Of a DNA stretch of 64,000 bases, positions 11,891 through 24,939 are shown one piece after another (position 1 is the stretch's first letter; each line of letters starts with the position of its first letter). The position numbers were made by a program, and so were the translations under genes. Source of the DNA: Ophelia neglecta (taxonomy: Eukaryota); the NCBI GenBank assembly GCA_965285935.1, contig OZ260661.1:61752001-61816000 (forward strand). Reading direction: 5' to 3'. The notes under the pieces were generated by a model. It did no database searches and was not told the DNA's origin. It saw only the letters and a program-made list of their open reading frames with translations.

Positions 11891-12806
11891 CTGTGGGACA
11901 GTAATGTAAATAGTGGGGTAATATTGGTGACATATCTACTGAGTAGCCTCATTCATATAATCAACATACATAATACTAAAAGAATAAATATCAACCATTT
12001 TCTCTCTTACCAATAAAATCACCAGATACGATTATCATGAAATTGTAAAGTGTGAGGGCCCAATCACACCATTAGTTTCTCTGACATTCATTCTTTGATA
12101 TTGAAAATTAATGCTATATAACTACAAGAAAAGTTCCCAATATCAAGAGTATAACAGTGTATCATAGTCATATAGTCCTTGATATGTTAGTGGCACTGCT
12201 AATAATTTACAAGAAGCAATGTCCCAAACCACAAGGGAATTTAGGCAAGGTCCAACATATTCCAATGCTCCAAGCAAATTGTTCATGCGAACATGACATC
12301 ATAATCAATAAAACACGTATTTGAATGATTTAACGGGATACATAAATTATGCCAAAAAGAACTACATGGTAAGTCAACTATGGTAGCGTTTATGGGAAGC
12401 ATTGAAAAAGTGTTGAACCTGGCCTTATAGCCCTTGTGAAGGGTCACCAGTGGCAACCATCTATTAATTCTACAGGGGGCATTTAATATATAAGAATCCG
12501 ACAAAATGTCATACTGAAATAAGATTCATCAAATATATTTGAGTCATGCTTGTGGATCAGGAAGTTTGCATGCCTTCAACAACAATGATACAACAATAAA
12601 CATACAACAATATACATATAAATGTAAAAGGCTGGATCTTGGCCATTTGGCTCTTTTCTAAATATTGTAAAATTTAATATGGAGAAACTTTGACTGTACT
12701 CTAGAAAGAAGCTGTCCAACTAAAAAAATCCACTGCCTCATAGGATCAGCCTTGTGGAAATGCAATGGGAACATATCCATAAATGATTCAGACTTAATGA
12801 TGATAC

Positions 12807-12897
12807 CTTTAAATTCATCTAGGCTCTGTACAATGACATGCTTGCTTTCCAAGGTTGTAACATTTGTGTCTTCATTGAGCACAACTCCTGTACCAGC
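12807..12897 (-). CDS. RGS12: RGS12 coding exon (end of RBD2)
   Basis: Acceptor TTGTTTTTCAG; AGTGVVLNEDTNVTTLESKHVIVQSLDEFK; donor G|GTATCA, phase 1. Confidence 0.85.
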
Positions 12898-13018
12898 CTG
12901 AAAAACAATATATGAGCAGTGTCAAATCTCATTGGTTTCTGGTAGTTCAATTATAATAGTAATATATTTATATGTCCTTTTAAAGGAGAGTATTCTGCCA
13001 CAGTACAAGGCTCCTTAC

Positions 13019-13216
13019 CACATGAACAACTAGATTGTTATCCAGCTTAAAACCATAGTTGGCCAAAATAGGTCGGAACACATCACGTATGGTTCCTGAT
13101 TTTGCTTTTATTGCAAGACATTTCCGATTTGGTAAATCCAGGCGAAAAATGATGTACTTCTCAATGATAATTTCCTTAGAACCCAAGATGTAGATGTCAG
13201 CATTTATATTGATAGG
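13019..13216 (-). CDS. RGS12: RGS12 coding exon (RBD1 end and RBD2)
   Basis: PININADIYILGSKEIIIEKYIIFRLDLPNRKCLAIKAK... (FRLDL motif of the RGS12/14 tandem RBDs); T-rich acceptor; donor GTG|GTAAGG. Confidence 0.92.
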
Positions 13217-13340
13217 CTGAAAAAAAAAGACAGTACTAACTTGAAACACAACTTGTTTCTATAATAACAGGTCAATGACAAAATGGGAGTGGTGTTAATT
13301 TTACAGTCCTATGGTGATCACTAGAGTTGACTTCAGGTAC

Positions 13341-13571
13341 CTTGTCCTGCCCAGCCTGACGGATGTCAATGAGTTCCATGTTGATGTTCCGTCGGTCACA
13401 CAGTTTGGCCAGGCTCTCCCTGACCGTCTGACCTGGCTTGACATAGATCACAGTAGTAGATTTGTCAGGCAGAATCACGCGACAGAATTTCTGGTTTTCT
13501 TTCATCACACCGTCCTGGGTGCCTATTTCGGATTTTGGAGCCACAGGAGGTTTCAAATTTGTCTGTTTTTT
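13341..13571 (-). CDS. RGS12: RGS12 coding exon (Ras-binding domain 1)
   Basis: KFCRVILPDKSTTVIYVKPGQTVRESLAKLCDRRNI is a typical RBD; phase 0/0 splice sites. Confidence 0.92.
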
Positions 13572-13750
13572 CTGAAAGATAAACTTCATATTGCAGTATT
13601 TTCCACCAAACATCATGCAGGAAAACCAATGCATGGGTCTAAAACTTTTTTATTACTGCAATTTTGTTTCAGCTAGCGGTTTACAAGAATGTGGGTAGCA
13701 TTGAGAACAACAAGGATTTACTAATATAAGGGGTTGTCTTTTCAGCCTAC

Positions 13751-13905
13751 CTCATTGGCTGCCTGCACCTCTTTCCTCATAAGACTCAGGTCTGGTAAGT
13801 CGGCGGTGGGGGGAACGTCCTCCCCGGTCTGATGCTCAATGGTACCGTTAGCTTTCTTCAGGTCCTGTTCTGATCCCTGCTTGGTCAGTTTCTTTTCATT
13901 TTTAA
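13751..13905 (-). CDS. RGS12: RGS12 coding exon (RGS-RBD linker), not in the ORF track
   Basis: Acceptor CTGTTTTTATCAG, phase 1; VKNEKKLTKQGSEQDLKKANGTIEHQ...RKEVQAANE; donor GAG|GTAGGC; restores the frame between the flanking exons. Confidence 0.85.
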
Positions 13906-15046
13906 CTGATAAAAACAGATTGTACAGAATAAATGCAAGTTAAAATATCATTGTCATAAGTTCATTTTGAATTTTTTAATTTAAAATGAGTGTACATAGC
14001 AGTCGGGCGTCTCAGTAGGCTAAACCATTCAACACTGACAGGTCTGGTCAGTGAGCAGCCTCACTTTCATTTATGTTAGAAGCTCAAGTAATGCAAGGGT
14101 GAAACAGGTGGTACTGGCTTTTTGGTGGACACAGAGTGTGCAAGAAATTTAAGGGGATACATGGTGGGCATGGAAGAAGTTAATGTACTTATAGTATAGG
14201 TGGCAAATATTTGTGTTAGACCAGCCATTTGTGACAAACTTGGTATCTAATATAAATGTAAAATGTATTCCAGGCACCTATGTAACAGAGAGGTAGCTTG
14301 TTTGAACTGCTCCACCCATAACTATATTTTTAAAAACTAAGTTTCACATGTTAATAAATCAGATTTATCACAGGGACTTGTGTCAACATATCTGCATATG
14401 GTCCTATATAGATCTTAGTATACTTGTATATTCATACATAAGCTTTGACACAAGGCTCTGTGAGAATATAGGTACAATCTAAATATCCCATTGCCCAATC
14501 AATAAGAAGAACACTTTGACTGATCATTTAGACACTCAGGGTTCTTTATCAAACAGTGTTATGGTTACAAAAGAGATATACAATGTGTTTTCGCATGCAT
14601 CATTTCTTGTACTTATTTCTTCTGTATTCAAGACCAACCATCACTTTATATACATGTACATTTAAAATCTGTTCGGCTATGCAATATACAAAATACTTCA
14701 CTATTTAAGGGAATAGAGTCAAGAGATGTTATGCAAGGTCCAACTGCCAGGGAATAGCATATATCTATATCATACATTTGTGTTGCTGCTGAAATGGTAA
14801 ATAACTTTTGGAATATAAGTTTACAGTCTCTTTTAACCCTCCAAAATCAGCCCATTTTCCTACATTTATCAATGATGGGTCCTCATAAAAAAGTCTAATA
14901 CAGTAATTACATTATTAATAAATTCTATATACATTGCTCAATGTGCATTAGGCCTACAGGACATTATACCATTTCATATTCCAGGTCATCTAACAGTATT
15001 GCCTCATTTAGAATATTTAAGAGACTTTCACTCTCGTCCTCATTAT

Positions 15047-15790
15047 TTAAGTGATCATATACTTGTATATCAGACACAGTCGATACAGTTTATTTCCGCC
15101 TACCTCTGATTCAGAATCTGAGGAATCTTCAGGTGTTGGTTGTTTTACTAAGCATCTAGCACAATTCCCATTATCATTGTGGGGATTTGCACACCTTGCT
15201 TTACACAAACACCTGTTGGTACATGGTCTGCACATTTTGAAACATGCTAAGACACCATTGGGTATCCAGGTGTAAACATAAATTTACTTGAGTTGAAAGG
15301 AACCTTATGACAGATGAAGGGAATTTCAGGAGCCTCCGTATAACCATACAAACTGCAAATGATCCATATACATTTCCCAGTGAGGCTTGATTATAATATA
15401 ATCCTGAAAATCGCTTGTTCAAAAAGTCAGACTTCCCATAGCCCTCTCCATCCCATAAACCTTGAAATACCACTGGGGTATGCCTGTCTAGCTCATTGGC
15501 AGAAAGCAAAGACACTCCTAAATATATTGATCCAAAAAGAACAATCCATGATGTTGCCAAAATTTGACTTCTTGTGAGTCTTGCCTTCAATATAAATCTA
15601 CAAAGCCGAAAAATTACCCATACAGTACAAGTGAACACCGAAACAATCAACATGTTGATTCCAAACAATGTATTCTTATATGATTTGCAATATATGCCAG
15701 GGCAAGTATTAAAACGAATCCTATCATGCCTAAAGTGAGCAGATATTAATTTGACTTCCTTCACTGATATATGCCTTGCTCAATCAAGAT
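15047..15790 (-). mobile_element. degenerate, probably transposon-derived coding remnant with a Cys-rich (CXC-like) C-terminus, inside an RGS12 intron
   Basis: Overlapping frameshifted ORFs; CRPCTNRCLCKARCANPHN followed by an acidic tail (DSSDSESE) resembles the Cys-rich ends of some invertebrate transposon proteins. Termini not identified. Confidence 0.35.
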
Positions 15791-17450
15791 TTCAACCTCC
15801 CTATTAATAACCACAGGAGCATCATTTCATATTTTTACAGGAGTGTGTTATTTCAGGACACAGCCCCCTAGAGTTTGATTTCCTGGATTAAATGTATCAT
15901 GTGGGGCCAGTGTTTTGTCCAAAGATGAGGGGAGAGGTCAGGATGTTTTTCTTGTCAGCCCTGTTACCCTGCATGATTAGACATGATTAAAACTAATGTA
16001 CTGTACATGTAATCATGGTGATAGAACCCAGGTCATCTGGTGCTGGTGTGATGAAACATGTGGAGTGAGGCTTCACTCAGTCAACATATTGCTTGATGGC
16101 CAATCAGATCACTTCAAATGGTCACGTGGTTACCATTAATAGATGTAAACAAACAAATCCATGTGCTCACATAGTGACTTGTAAACAATCACTATAATTC
16201 ATTTGGGGTGGCCATCATAGGCTTGTTTCATATAATGAGGCATTCAAATTTGTTCTGAGGTATCAAAGCATCTAATACATCTAGTATGAATGCCTAGTTG
16301 TACTTGTTTTGGAACATTTGGACATCAAAGCAGTTGTAAACACATGAATCCTGTGGGGGGTAGAGGATTTGTGGTCAATTCAGGTCCATCAAAGTGATAA
16401 ACACATGGGTTCTAATGATTTTATCAAAGGCCTCTTGCATCTAAGAAACTGTAGGGGGATTGACCATCATGTAAAACTCATCCAAGGTTGTTGACAGGGG
16501 GAGTTTACCACTATGATTTTACACCCCAATCTGCACATAATACTGCTCTTTTTATTGTCCATGTCTTCTTTCCCTTGAGGGGTCATAGAATTCTAAAAAA
16601 ATGCTTGGCACTTTGTTCATAACTTAAGCTATGAAAAATTATCATTTACTAGATCTTAGTATGTATGGGCCAAAAGTGTCAAAATTATTTTGGTAGTCAC
16701 CCCCCTTTGGGACTGAAAGGCACACCCCATGTTAAACAAAGCTTCAGCTGGGAATAGGTTAACAGGGACCACTTCCAGTTGATTTTAATCAAGGGATGTT
16801 ATAAATATCTGGTTTCTGATAGTTGCTCTAAGTGATAGCTTCAGTATCTTAAACCATATTTATCAAAGAGAGCGTGCCTTCAAGTCTTTGACATCCGCCA
16901 TTTTGTTCAGACATTTTGGATTGAAAGCTGTGTGCTTTCTGGGGTCCTGCATTCGAGGAAATATGATGATTCCTGTGGACAGAATGTCACTGAATCCATA
17001 CAACTTAGTGTAAAGCCTGTGAAACACGTGGCCACATTTGTCAAAAATTATTTGTGACCAATTAACTGATTATTATAGAGGATATTATAAACATGTCAGT
17101 AATAGAGGGCTTTGTTTTTAATACAAATGCTTACGTTGGACAAACATTCATAAAGGCTATACATTTATTATTATCTAATGGACCTAATTCCAAGGTGAGA
17201 TTTTATTAAACTATATAAAACTACTTTAATTATGCAAAGATGGTGTACACCCTACAGCTCAATGATTGACTTATTTTGGCCATTTTGCTCAGCATGCTCA
17301 AGGCTACTTTTGAATGCTGATTGGTTGGTTCCCAAATCAGAACGAGGTTGGCTAAGGGCCAATGGCTGTTGAGGTGGGGACAGAAGTCTGACTGTAGGGC
17401 AGTCTCAAGTGTTTCCAAATCCTGTTTATATAAATTTAATATCCACTCAC

Positions 17451-17532
17451 CTCTATTCCACGGAAGTAATGACCGTCTTCGTTTTTCCTCACCATTATCT
17501 TCTGCATTTGTAGTAGATTTGCTCTTTTTCAT
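17451..17532 (-). CDS. RGS12: RGS12 coding exon (post-RGS, RRRSLLPW motif)
   Basis: AAG/CAG tandem acceptor; MKKSKSTTNAEDNGEEKRRRSLLPWNR; donor G|GTGAGT, phase 1. Confidence 0.88.
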
Positions 17533-17831
17533 CTGCTTTGAACAGGACATTAAGAACATCAATTTTCAACACCAATTGGGCTACAGCAATCACCAGGTCT
17601 TTATGGCACCATAATTTTTAGTCACTTGAAACTATCTGTCAGTCATTTTATCATTTCGGACAGGGGCAAAGTAAAGTAAAAAAGGATGGAGAAAGTTCAT
17701 CATAATAATACATCACAAAAACTTTATTATGGCTCAGCCAAAAGCAAGGACCATTCACTACACTCATCCCTGATATGTTTATAAATTGTTAAACCATACA
17801 AATGTCCATTAAAGAAGCATTGCAAACCTAC

Positions 17832-18005
17832 CTTATTTGCTTTCTCCAACTTTAAAACATCATTATCCTCGATAGCCCAATCATCACAGTCCACCTCCCC
17901 AGTGTGTGCCAGGGGTCTGCCCTCCACCTCAGCCACCACACACTCCTTGTACAACTCAGATTTCAGAAAGCGAGCATAACTGTCCTGCTTCATCAACTTG
18001 TAAAT
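17832..18005 (-). CDS. RGS12: RGS12 coding exon (RGS box C-terminal part)
   Basis: [32 protein letters not shown] carries the hallmark M..DSY.RFLKS motif and an R12-family tail. Confidence 0.96.
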
Positions 18006-18256
18006 CTGTCAGGAACAATTTAAGTACAGCCATTGTATGAATCATTTTTGAATAAGCTGTAAAACACACTTAATACATGGATGTCAGAAAAGAATTTAAC
18101 ATAGATGTATACCTCCCAATGTAAAAGTCTCTATTTTACATAGGATGGTACTTTTAAAATGCACTACATTTTTCTCTTTAAAAAAAGTTTTTCATTAGTA
18201 TTGTGTTTTATAGGGATATCATGTAAGTAGTAAATGGAAGTAGTATTGACTCTCAC

Positions 18257-18403
18257 ATGTAGTTGAGGAGCATCAAACAACTCGGGGCTTGGATTTTCCA
18301 AGCCTTCTTCAGCTTTCTTCCGTGATTCACTGTCGACATTGACTGGCTCTGATGCATTGGTGGCCAAGTGGGTGTTGTAGATTTCCCTGGCTTTTTTCTT
18401 TCT
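18257..18403 (-). CDS. RGS12: RGS12 coding exon (RGS box middle)
   Basis: RKKKAREIYNTHLATNASEPVNVDS...FDAPQLH; phase 0/0 splice sites. Confidence 0.95.
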
Positions 18404-18507
18404 CTGTAAGTTGAACATTACCACTGGAGGATTGGTACATGAAACCTACTGTGATATGAAGCTGTGGCCACAAAGTACCCATTATACATCCATAGGACAT
18501 ATATATA

Positions 18508-18685
18508 CAGTGAAACCTGTTTTAAAGACCACCTCTATAATCAGACCACCTGTCTATTCAGACCACCAATATGAGGATGTTGCTGTATACTTTCAATATT
18601 AAATAACCTGTCTAAACAGACCACCTCCAAAATCAGACCAGTATTCTCCAGTCCCTTTGGTGGTCTTAATCTACAGGTTTTACTG
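18508..18685. mobile_element. MITE (Tc1/mariner-pogo-like, TA target duplication)
   Basis: TA|CAGTGAAACCTGT ... ACAGGTTTTACTG|TA; internal GACCACC(T) repeats; related copies at 27313 and 27515. Confidence 0.85.
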
Positions 18686-18798
18686 TATATAAACTAGTAA
18701 CATTCCTTCAGTCATATCAAATATTTTGAAAAATTACATTTAAACATTTAAAGATAATGTATGGTACATCAGAAAAGTTCCTTATAATAAATACTTAC

Positions 18799-18885
18799 AA
18801 CATTTTCAGACTTGATCTTTTTGTACTTCACACATAGATTCCAAAATATGATATTTTCTTCACTGTATTCTTTTTTCAAAAATTC
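18799..18885 (-). CDS. RGS12: RGS12 coding exon (RGS box, EFLKKEYSEENIIFW)
   Basis: Hallmark RGS motif F.KKE.SEENI.FW; TTTTGCAG acceptor and GTAAGT donor; 87 nt. Confidence 0.96.
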
Positions 18886-19373
18886 CTGCAAAATATTGTA
18901 ATACACTGGCATAAGCATATATCAAGCTTTAATTTCTTTCCAGTAAATATTAAGCAGTGTAATCTGGTTGTTAGCTGAAGGCTAAACCCTTTTATAATTA
19001 TAGCATATATAAATGCATTTTAAAGCCCTGCTTTGATACCTCTTTCGGCCACCAATGTAAAGATTCCAGGCCCGCTTTTAAAGGTACAGGGTACAGGTGG
19101 AAACACTTGGTATCCAAATAATAGAAAATCACAATGAAAACATTGAAACAGCTAGCTCAAATTTGTCCCTACCATCTGATATTAATACCCCTTAAAACAG
19201 CTTATGGTTGTAACTATTTACAATGCTGGCTGATGTATAACCCAATTATGTGTTAACTAAATGGGCAAGACTTTTCTAGGGCACATATACCCTTGTAGAG
19301 GCATGCACATTATCACACAAAGGAATTAATTTAATTATATCATAAATATCTTTTATTTGAAAATAAAACTTAC

Positions 19374-19574
19374 AGTAAATGTAGCTAGGCCAGCACTGTC
19401 CGATAGCAATTTGTCAAAGTTGACAGCCCATCCTGCGGCCCTTCCCACTTGAAACTCTTGGCTGAGGGTTCCATTTTGGCGATTCTGGCTACTAGTCCGG
19501 TCGATTGCTGCTATACTGGTGGCGCCATTTAACTTCTGCTGGTTAGGAAACTCGGCATCAGACACAACCAGAGA
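19374..19574 (-). CDS. RGS12: RGS12 coding exon (VSDAE motif and start of RGS box)
   Basis: SLVVSDAEF...VGRAAGWAVNFDKLLSDSAGLATFT (compare RGS12/14 VSDGEL and RVASWAVSFERLL.D..G); donor GTAAGT. Confidence 0.95.
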
Positions 19575-19725
19575 CTGCAAATTAACATTCCCATTAAAAA
19601 TTTCGTTTAAGCTATGGTGGGCCATTAAATGTATTCCATGTTAAAAACTGGAAAAATGGTAACATGTATTCCAATGCTTAAGAAGACGGGCACACAGTTC
19701 CATACTGGTGACAACTTACACCTAC

Positions 19726-19932
19726 CTGTTTACCATCATTAGTTGGCTTACTAAGACTTAGCTTGCATGAATGGCAAACATATTTGGTCATCAAAATTCC
19801 ATCATCAAAGTTTAAATAAGTCACCGATTTGGTTCTTCTGATTTTTGTAGGAATCTGCAGTCCGGCACTGAGCCCCTTCCTCAATCTGACACTGACAGCA
19901 CGACTTATATTACTGTTTGGTTTACAAAACAT
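19726..19932 (-). CDS. RGS12: candidate alternative first coding exon of RGS12 (short isoform, 69 aa)
   Basis: ATG-initiated open frame MFCKPNSN...RRTKSVTYL...DGKQ ends at CAG|GTAGGT (a second donor GTAAGT lies 6 nt on); phase 0, 150 nt from the phase-0 acceptor at 19575. Confidence 0.6.
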
Positions 19933-22900
19933 ATTGGTCCAGGCGCCTCCTCCGTAAATAGATTTCCACCATTATGGCACATGATAAAAGTAAGAAACGT
20001 CTTCATAGTGCACACCTAATAAAAGTCTGATTATCAGATAGTTTGCAACTGACATTCACATTGTTACAAATACAAAGTCTGCAAAAACCAATATCATTTT
20101 CATTTCCAATGATACACTAATTACTTGATATCAAAACTTCCTGGGATGGAAATATCGTACAACAACTTGACGGAGGCCAGTTGATCACAACAGTGAATAC
20201 TGGCAAAATCTACTTCAATACTTCTTTGCCTCGATTTCCCTGAACTGAAACATTTTGCTGATATAGTTTCTCACTGAAATCAATTAAGTAACATCATCAC
20301 AACAACCACCGACAACCAGCTATATCCTTGTGAACAAGACACATGTCAAGTCAGGCTACATATGCCGAGATATGAAACCGAGTCACCTCCCATACAGGTA
20401 AACAATTCCAAATACACATAGCAGTTTGTTTACAGCCGGTTATCCAATATAACAATTAGTCTGTCACAGGGAACCAGCATTTAGCTGGGAGTTCAATGAT
20501 CAGATGATATCCAGAGATGTACAATTTGTTGTTCTAATGAGCTCAGTTCTCCCGGGTGAATGGTTAATACATGTTCCAAGTGTATGACAAGGTTATCACA
20601 AGGCTACTGGTCCTACCTACACATCTGTAACCCTTGAAACTCATTTACAGTGTCATAATTGCCAATCTTTAAGCACAGAAAAACTGTCCAGCTGACCTAG
20701 TGCTACCATCACATGCAATCTTAGGACATCATATGGCTCCGTCACAATCACTTGGGAAAGACACAACAGGATGGACAATAACCTATTACATATTTCTTTT
20801 AAATGTGCCTTAGCCCTTCAGTCTATCCATCAACTCTCGCAACAACACAGCCAGTGGTCTACCTTAGAATACTCTGACTTGAAAAGAACCCCACAAAGGC
20901 ATCTAGAACTAGACAAGCATAAAATGTCCATACCAATATGCAAGAGGTATATTATTTATCAAAAGGAATGATTTCTACAGTTAACATCACTCTCAATGGC
21001 ATATCAATTTAAAGGCAAATTGCCTCAGTTAACACAAATATATAGGAGTTTATAACAAAAAAAGTATGGGGACATCATGCCCATACATGAGATACAGTGT
21101 CTAGCCCAACACCTTAATGCTACCCTTTCATATGACATTATGATAGTTGATATGTATCACTGCATTCTATTATATTTGCAAATAAGCAAATACAATGAAA
21201 ATATGATAAATACAGACACCTGAGTAGCATTTTTTCCTATGGAAAGTACTATCAGCAGGGTTTTTGTCATATTAGTCAGACATGTTTTCAATCAATCCTG
21301 TCCTATTAGCATGAAGGCTACCTTTGGTTGTTGCATGTGGTGCTGTGATGCTCTGTGGCATTGCAACATATGTTTATACCACAGATAAACAAATCCTAAC
21401 TCTTCTCTAAAATCAACAAGCAGTATAGCTCTAACATCCCATTCCAATGACTTCTTAATATAGGAGTGTTCTTTGGATGAATTAAAATACTGTCTAATAC
21501 TAAAGAAATCCATTCAACCACACTTTTACAACTGTTCCAATTGGTTCTTAGCAAACTTAGGCAATGCAAAATTTGACAACACAAAAACTAGATATCTCAG
21601 ACACAACAGCAAAGACATCAAATTTACAAATTAATTTGACATTGGTCCACCTGAAGTAGCTGTTATCAATTAGTAGGAAATAAGAATAATAGTTTTATAG
21701 AGACTGGCCATCTGTAGCAAACACAGCTGTGGAAATAATTTGGTCTCTACGGTACATGGAATACAGAATATTTATACATTCATTAGCAGGGTATCAAAAG
21801 TTGGCAACAGCATGCAGACACAAGGTACAGAAATGAAATACACATTAAAATATCATACTTTGGAACATGCTACTTTCACAGATTCACATTCCACTGGAAA
21901 TAGTGTGATCACTCCCAACCAAACATTTAATACTTTTCCTAAGGTAGAACTTAAGATAAAATAGTTTTCAATTGTTTGCTTCTAGACTTAATATTTTTAA
22001 CCTGGAGTAGGATGGTTTTAAGTTCGTATTTCCTGTACATTGGTCACCTGGACAGCTAGATTACGCACTCGGGAGACCATGCTCGTCACAGAGCTATACC
22101 ACAAGACTGAAAGTCTCCAGATGACACAGAGTGCCCTGGTGTCATTGAAGGATAAATCAATTAAATCACCATAACAATTACTGCTATAAAATGTCTTCAT
22201 GTTTTCATAACCTTGTTCTTGTCATTTATTTATAATGAATCAGCATTGTAATGTTACCCAAAAGACACCTAAAAATCTTATATAAATTTGTGTAACAGCA
22301 ATGTTTGTTCCATAACTAGCCTACACCATGTTTTTCCTTCATTCTTTCTCTATGTCTTCAATATCAACATTTCTTAGTGGTTCAATAAATTTTTTTGGAA
22401 TAATTTATTGTTGAAGACTACTGACTTTATGATTATCATGAAAAATCAACATACAATGTATAGTGTATGTACTCCATTGTAATGTGGCTGCCCAGACATA
22501 CCGTAGCAGGAGTGAAGTGAGGCACTGGGTACTTCATACAGATTAAATCTATTTATATACAGTATATACTTACAGCAGAGTGCCCCATTTGTTCCGAGAG
22601 TCAATCTCATTAATCCAGGGAAAGACATTTCATTATATCCAGATCATGTCCAACCAATTATCAGATAAAGTTGTTGGGCAGTCACAAAACTGAATTTCCA
22701 CTATATTATACAAGTGCATTTTTTATATAAAATTCCTTGCTGGTACAGAGCTGAATGGTGATCAGGTTGTCAATTAATATCAATGTATGATATCTTCAGG
22801 GGAGGTATCCAACTGAATGGCACTTCCTGAGCTTCATATATCATTCCCCAACAAGATCAATGACAGGTTAGAGACCACTAAATTAGGTGTCACAGGCATT

Positions 22901-24843
22901 TTAAATTCCCAAGTCATCTCCAAACATTTCGAGCATTACATGTCCAAATACTTCCAGTTTAGCCACACACAAGGGAACTTAACAGAAACCTTAACTGTAT
23001 TCATAATGATAGCTACTGCGACTGGCATTCAGTCACATTTTTATGTTTTGACCAAAATATATGATAAATTCCTCATCAGCACCATGAATTAGTGACCATT
23101 ATATAGAACTATTTGAAAGTTTGACATCTAACAAATCCGACTATCTCCTGCATGTAAAATTCCATAACTATGAAACATCCAGCATGAACGTATTTTTTAA
23201 TCCTAAGCCATCGGCACCATGATTGCACGTTCGAAATTTAATGAAAACCAATCAAGCAGTTCAGATCCTCTTTGAATTTCTACCCTCTGAACCAATCACA
23301 CATACCCAATGCATATTGATTTCCACAGCCTGATTGAACATGATCCAAAGAGCACAAATATACATGTAACCATTTCAATTTAAACTGCTTGTAACACAGC
23401 ATGCCTTCCAAAATATGTATTCATTAATTTTTTCTACACAGGAGTATATATTAGAACCTATTATCAAGGTGCTACATGTATGTTGAATAACTTGTCTACT
23501 CTCTGTGATCAAATATCCTAAAAGATGGTTGATTTTTACTAAACCTAACAACAGAGAACTCGTGTCAACAGTGCCAACTTGACTGAAAGCCCTGCCCGCC
23601 TGAAAGCCCCAAGTCCCTACGAGTTCAGCACACACATATAAATACATTGTATTATATTATAATCTGGAATAATTTCTCTAGCTTCATGGATAAGCAGGTA
23701 AACCAGACACTTGCTGTATTGAAACTTGGGATCAGGCAGATAGTCACTCAATAGGCAATGCAAGCAACGGTCTATGTACTAATTCAATGTTGATCTTAAG
23801 TAAATAAATTTCTATTTACCACAATGAAAATCTGTGTGACTAAGGCACAATACTGGTCTATAAAATAGATATATCCTAATTCAGATTTATCTTATCCCAA
23901 TGACTGAATACACTTTATGGAATTTCTCATAGAAAAAATTCAAGAAATATGTGACAGATAACCAAGAAAAACTCACAATTAAAAAAAATTAATTCATCCA
24001 ATTCAAGTTTACTAGAAAATGTGCAACATCCTATTTAATTTTGATGATCTTATTTTAAACCCAAGAAAAAGAAGTATTATGTGAACATTTCAATAAAAAC
24101 AACATAACATTTTGCCAAGCACTCTAAAGCCTTGTAGACCCAACTAATTACCTAGGATTCCTATGATAATCAAACCTAGTGAGTGACCTAGTTAACTACC
24201 AGTTCATGGTAGGTCATGATGCCCGCAAAATTGTATTTCAGAACTTCATTTGGCCTAATTTTTAAGTATGCATGAAGCCTGATAACAAAAAACACAAAGT
24301 GACATTTTGTGATATCTTTGCTTTTGCCAGTCATGTTTATTTCTATACTTTTTAATAGAATTCACAATACTGCTTCTGTAATGAATTCACACTCTTTCAC
24401 CGTCATTGTAGATGGCAGCAGGTATTACAGAAGTAGTCTCTCTGCATTCTATTCATGTCATTACAGAAAGTAATGGTGTGGGTTCACTGACTTGGGCCTA
24501 CTTTGCACTACTTTACCAATTTGCCCACCAGGCCAATTGAAAAGGAACATTCCGGGGTCAAATCCATTCGGTAATATTCTAAGCTCACAGGCAGTTGGAT
24601 ATATCAGTGTAGGCTGCATTCCATGAGATGACAAAACACCATATTTCTCATAATTGATTCATTCCTTCATAACTTGTGTTTTACTAAACACCATACCAAC
24701 ATGTTTGTTTATGGAGTTCTATACTATTTTACCATTACAGTATTTAAATGAACTGCCACAACATTTGATTAAATAAATGTCAAGAACTTTAGTGGTTGTA
24801 AGTCAGAAATAAAGCAGGGAGAGCCCTAAGGATAAATACCTAC

Positions 24844-24939
24844 CTCATGAGAAGTACTGATGGCGGACTGTTTGTTCTTTCTTCCTCGGTTGAAAAACTT
24901 TGCAGCTCCACTCTTCAGTGATTTATTTTCTTTACTGTC
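24844..24939 (-). CDS. RGS12: RGS12 coding exon (DSKENKSLKSGAAKFFNRGRKNKQSAISTSHE), not in the ORF track
   Basis: TTTTTTTTTGCAG acceptor, GAG|GTAGGT donor, 96 nt, phase 0/0; joins to give ...TSHE-SLVVSDAE. Confidence 0.88.
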
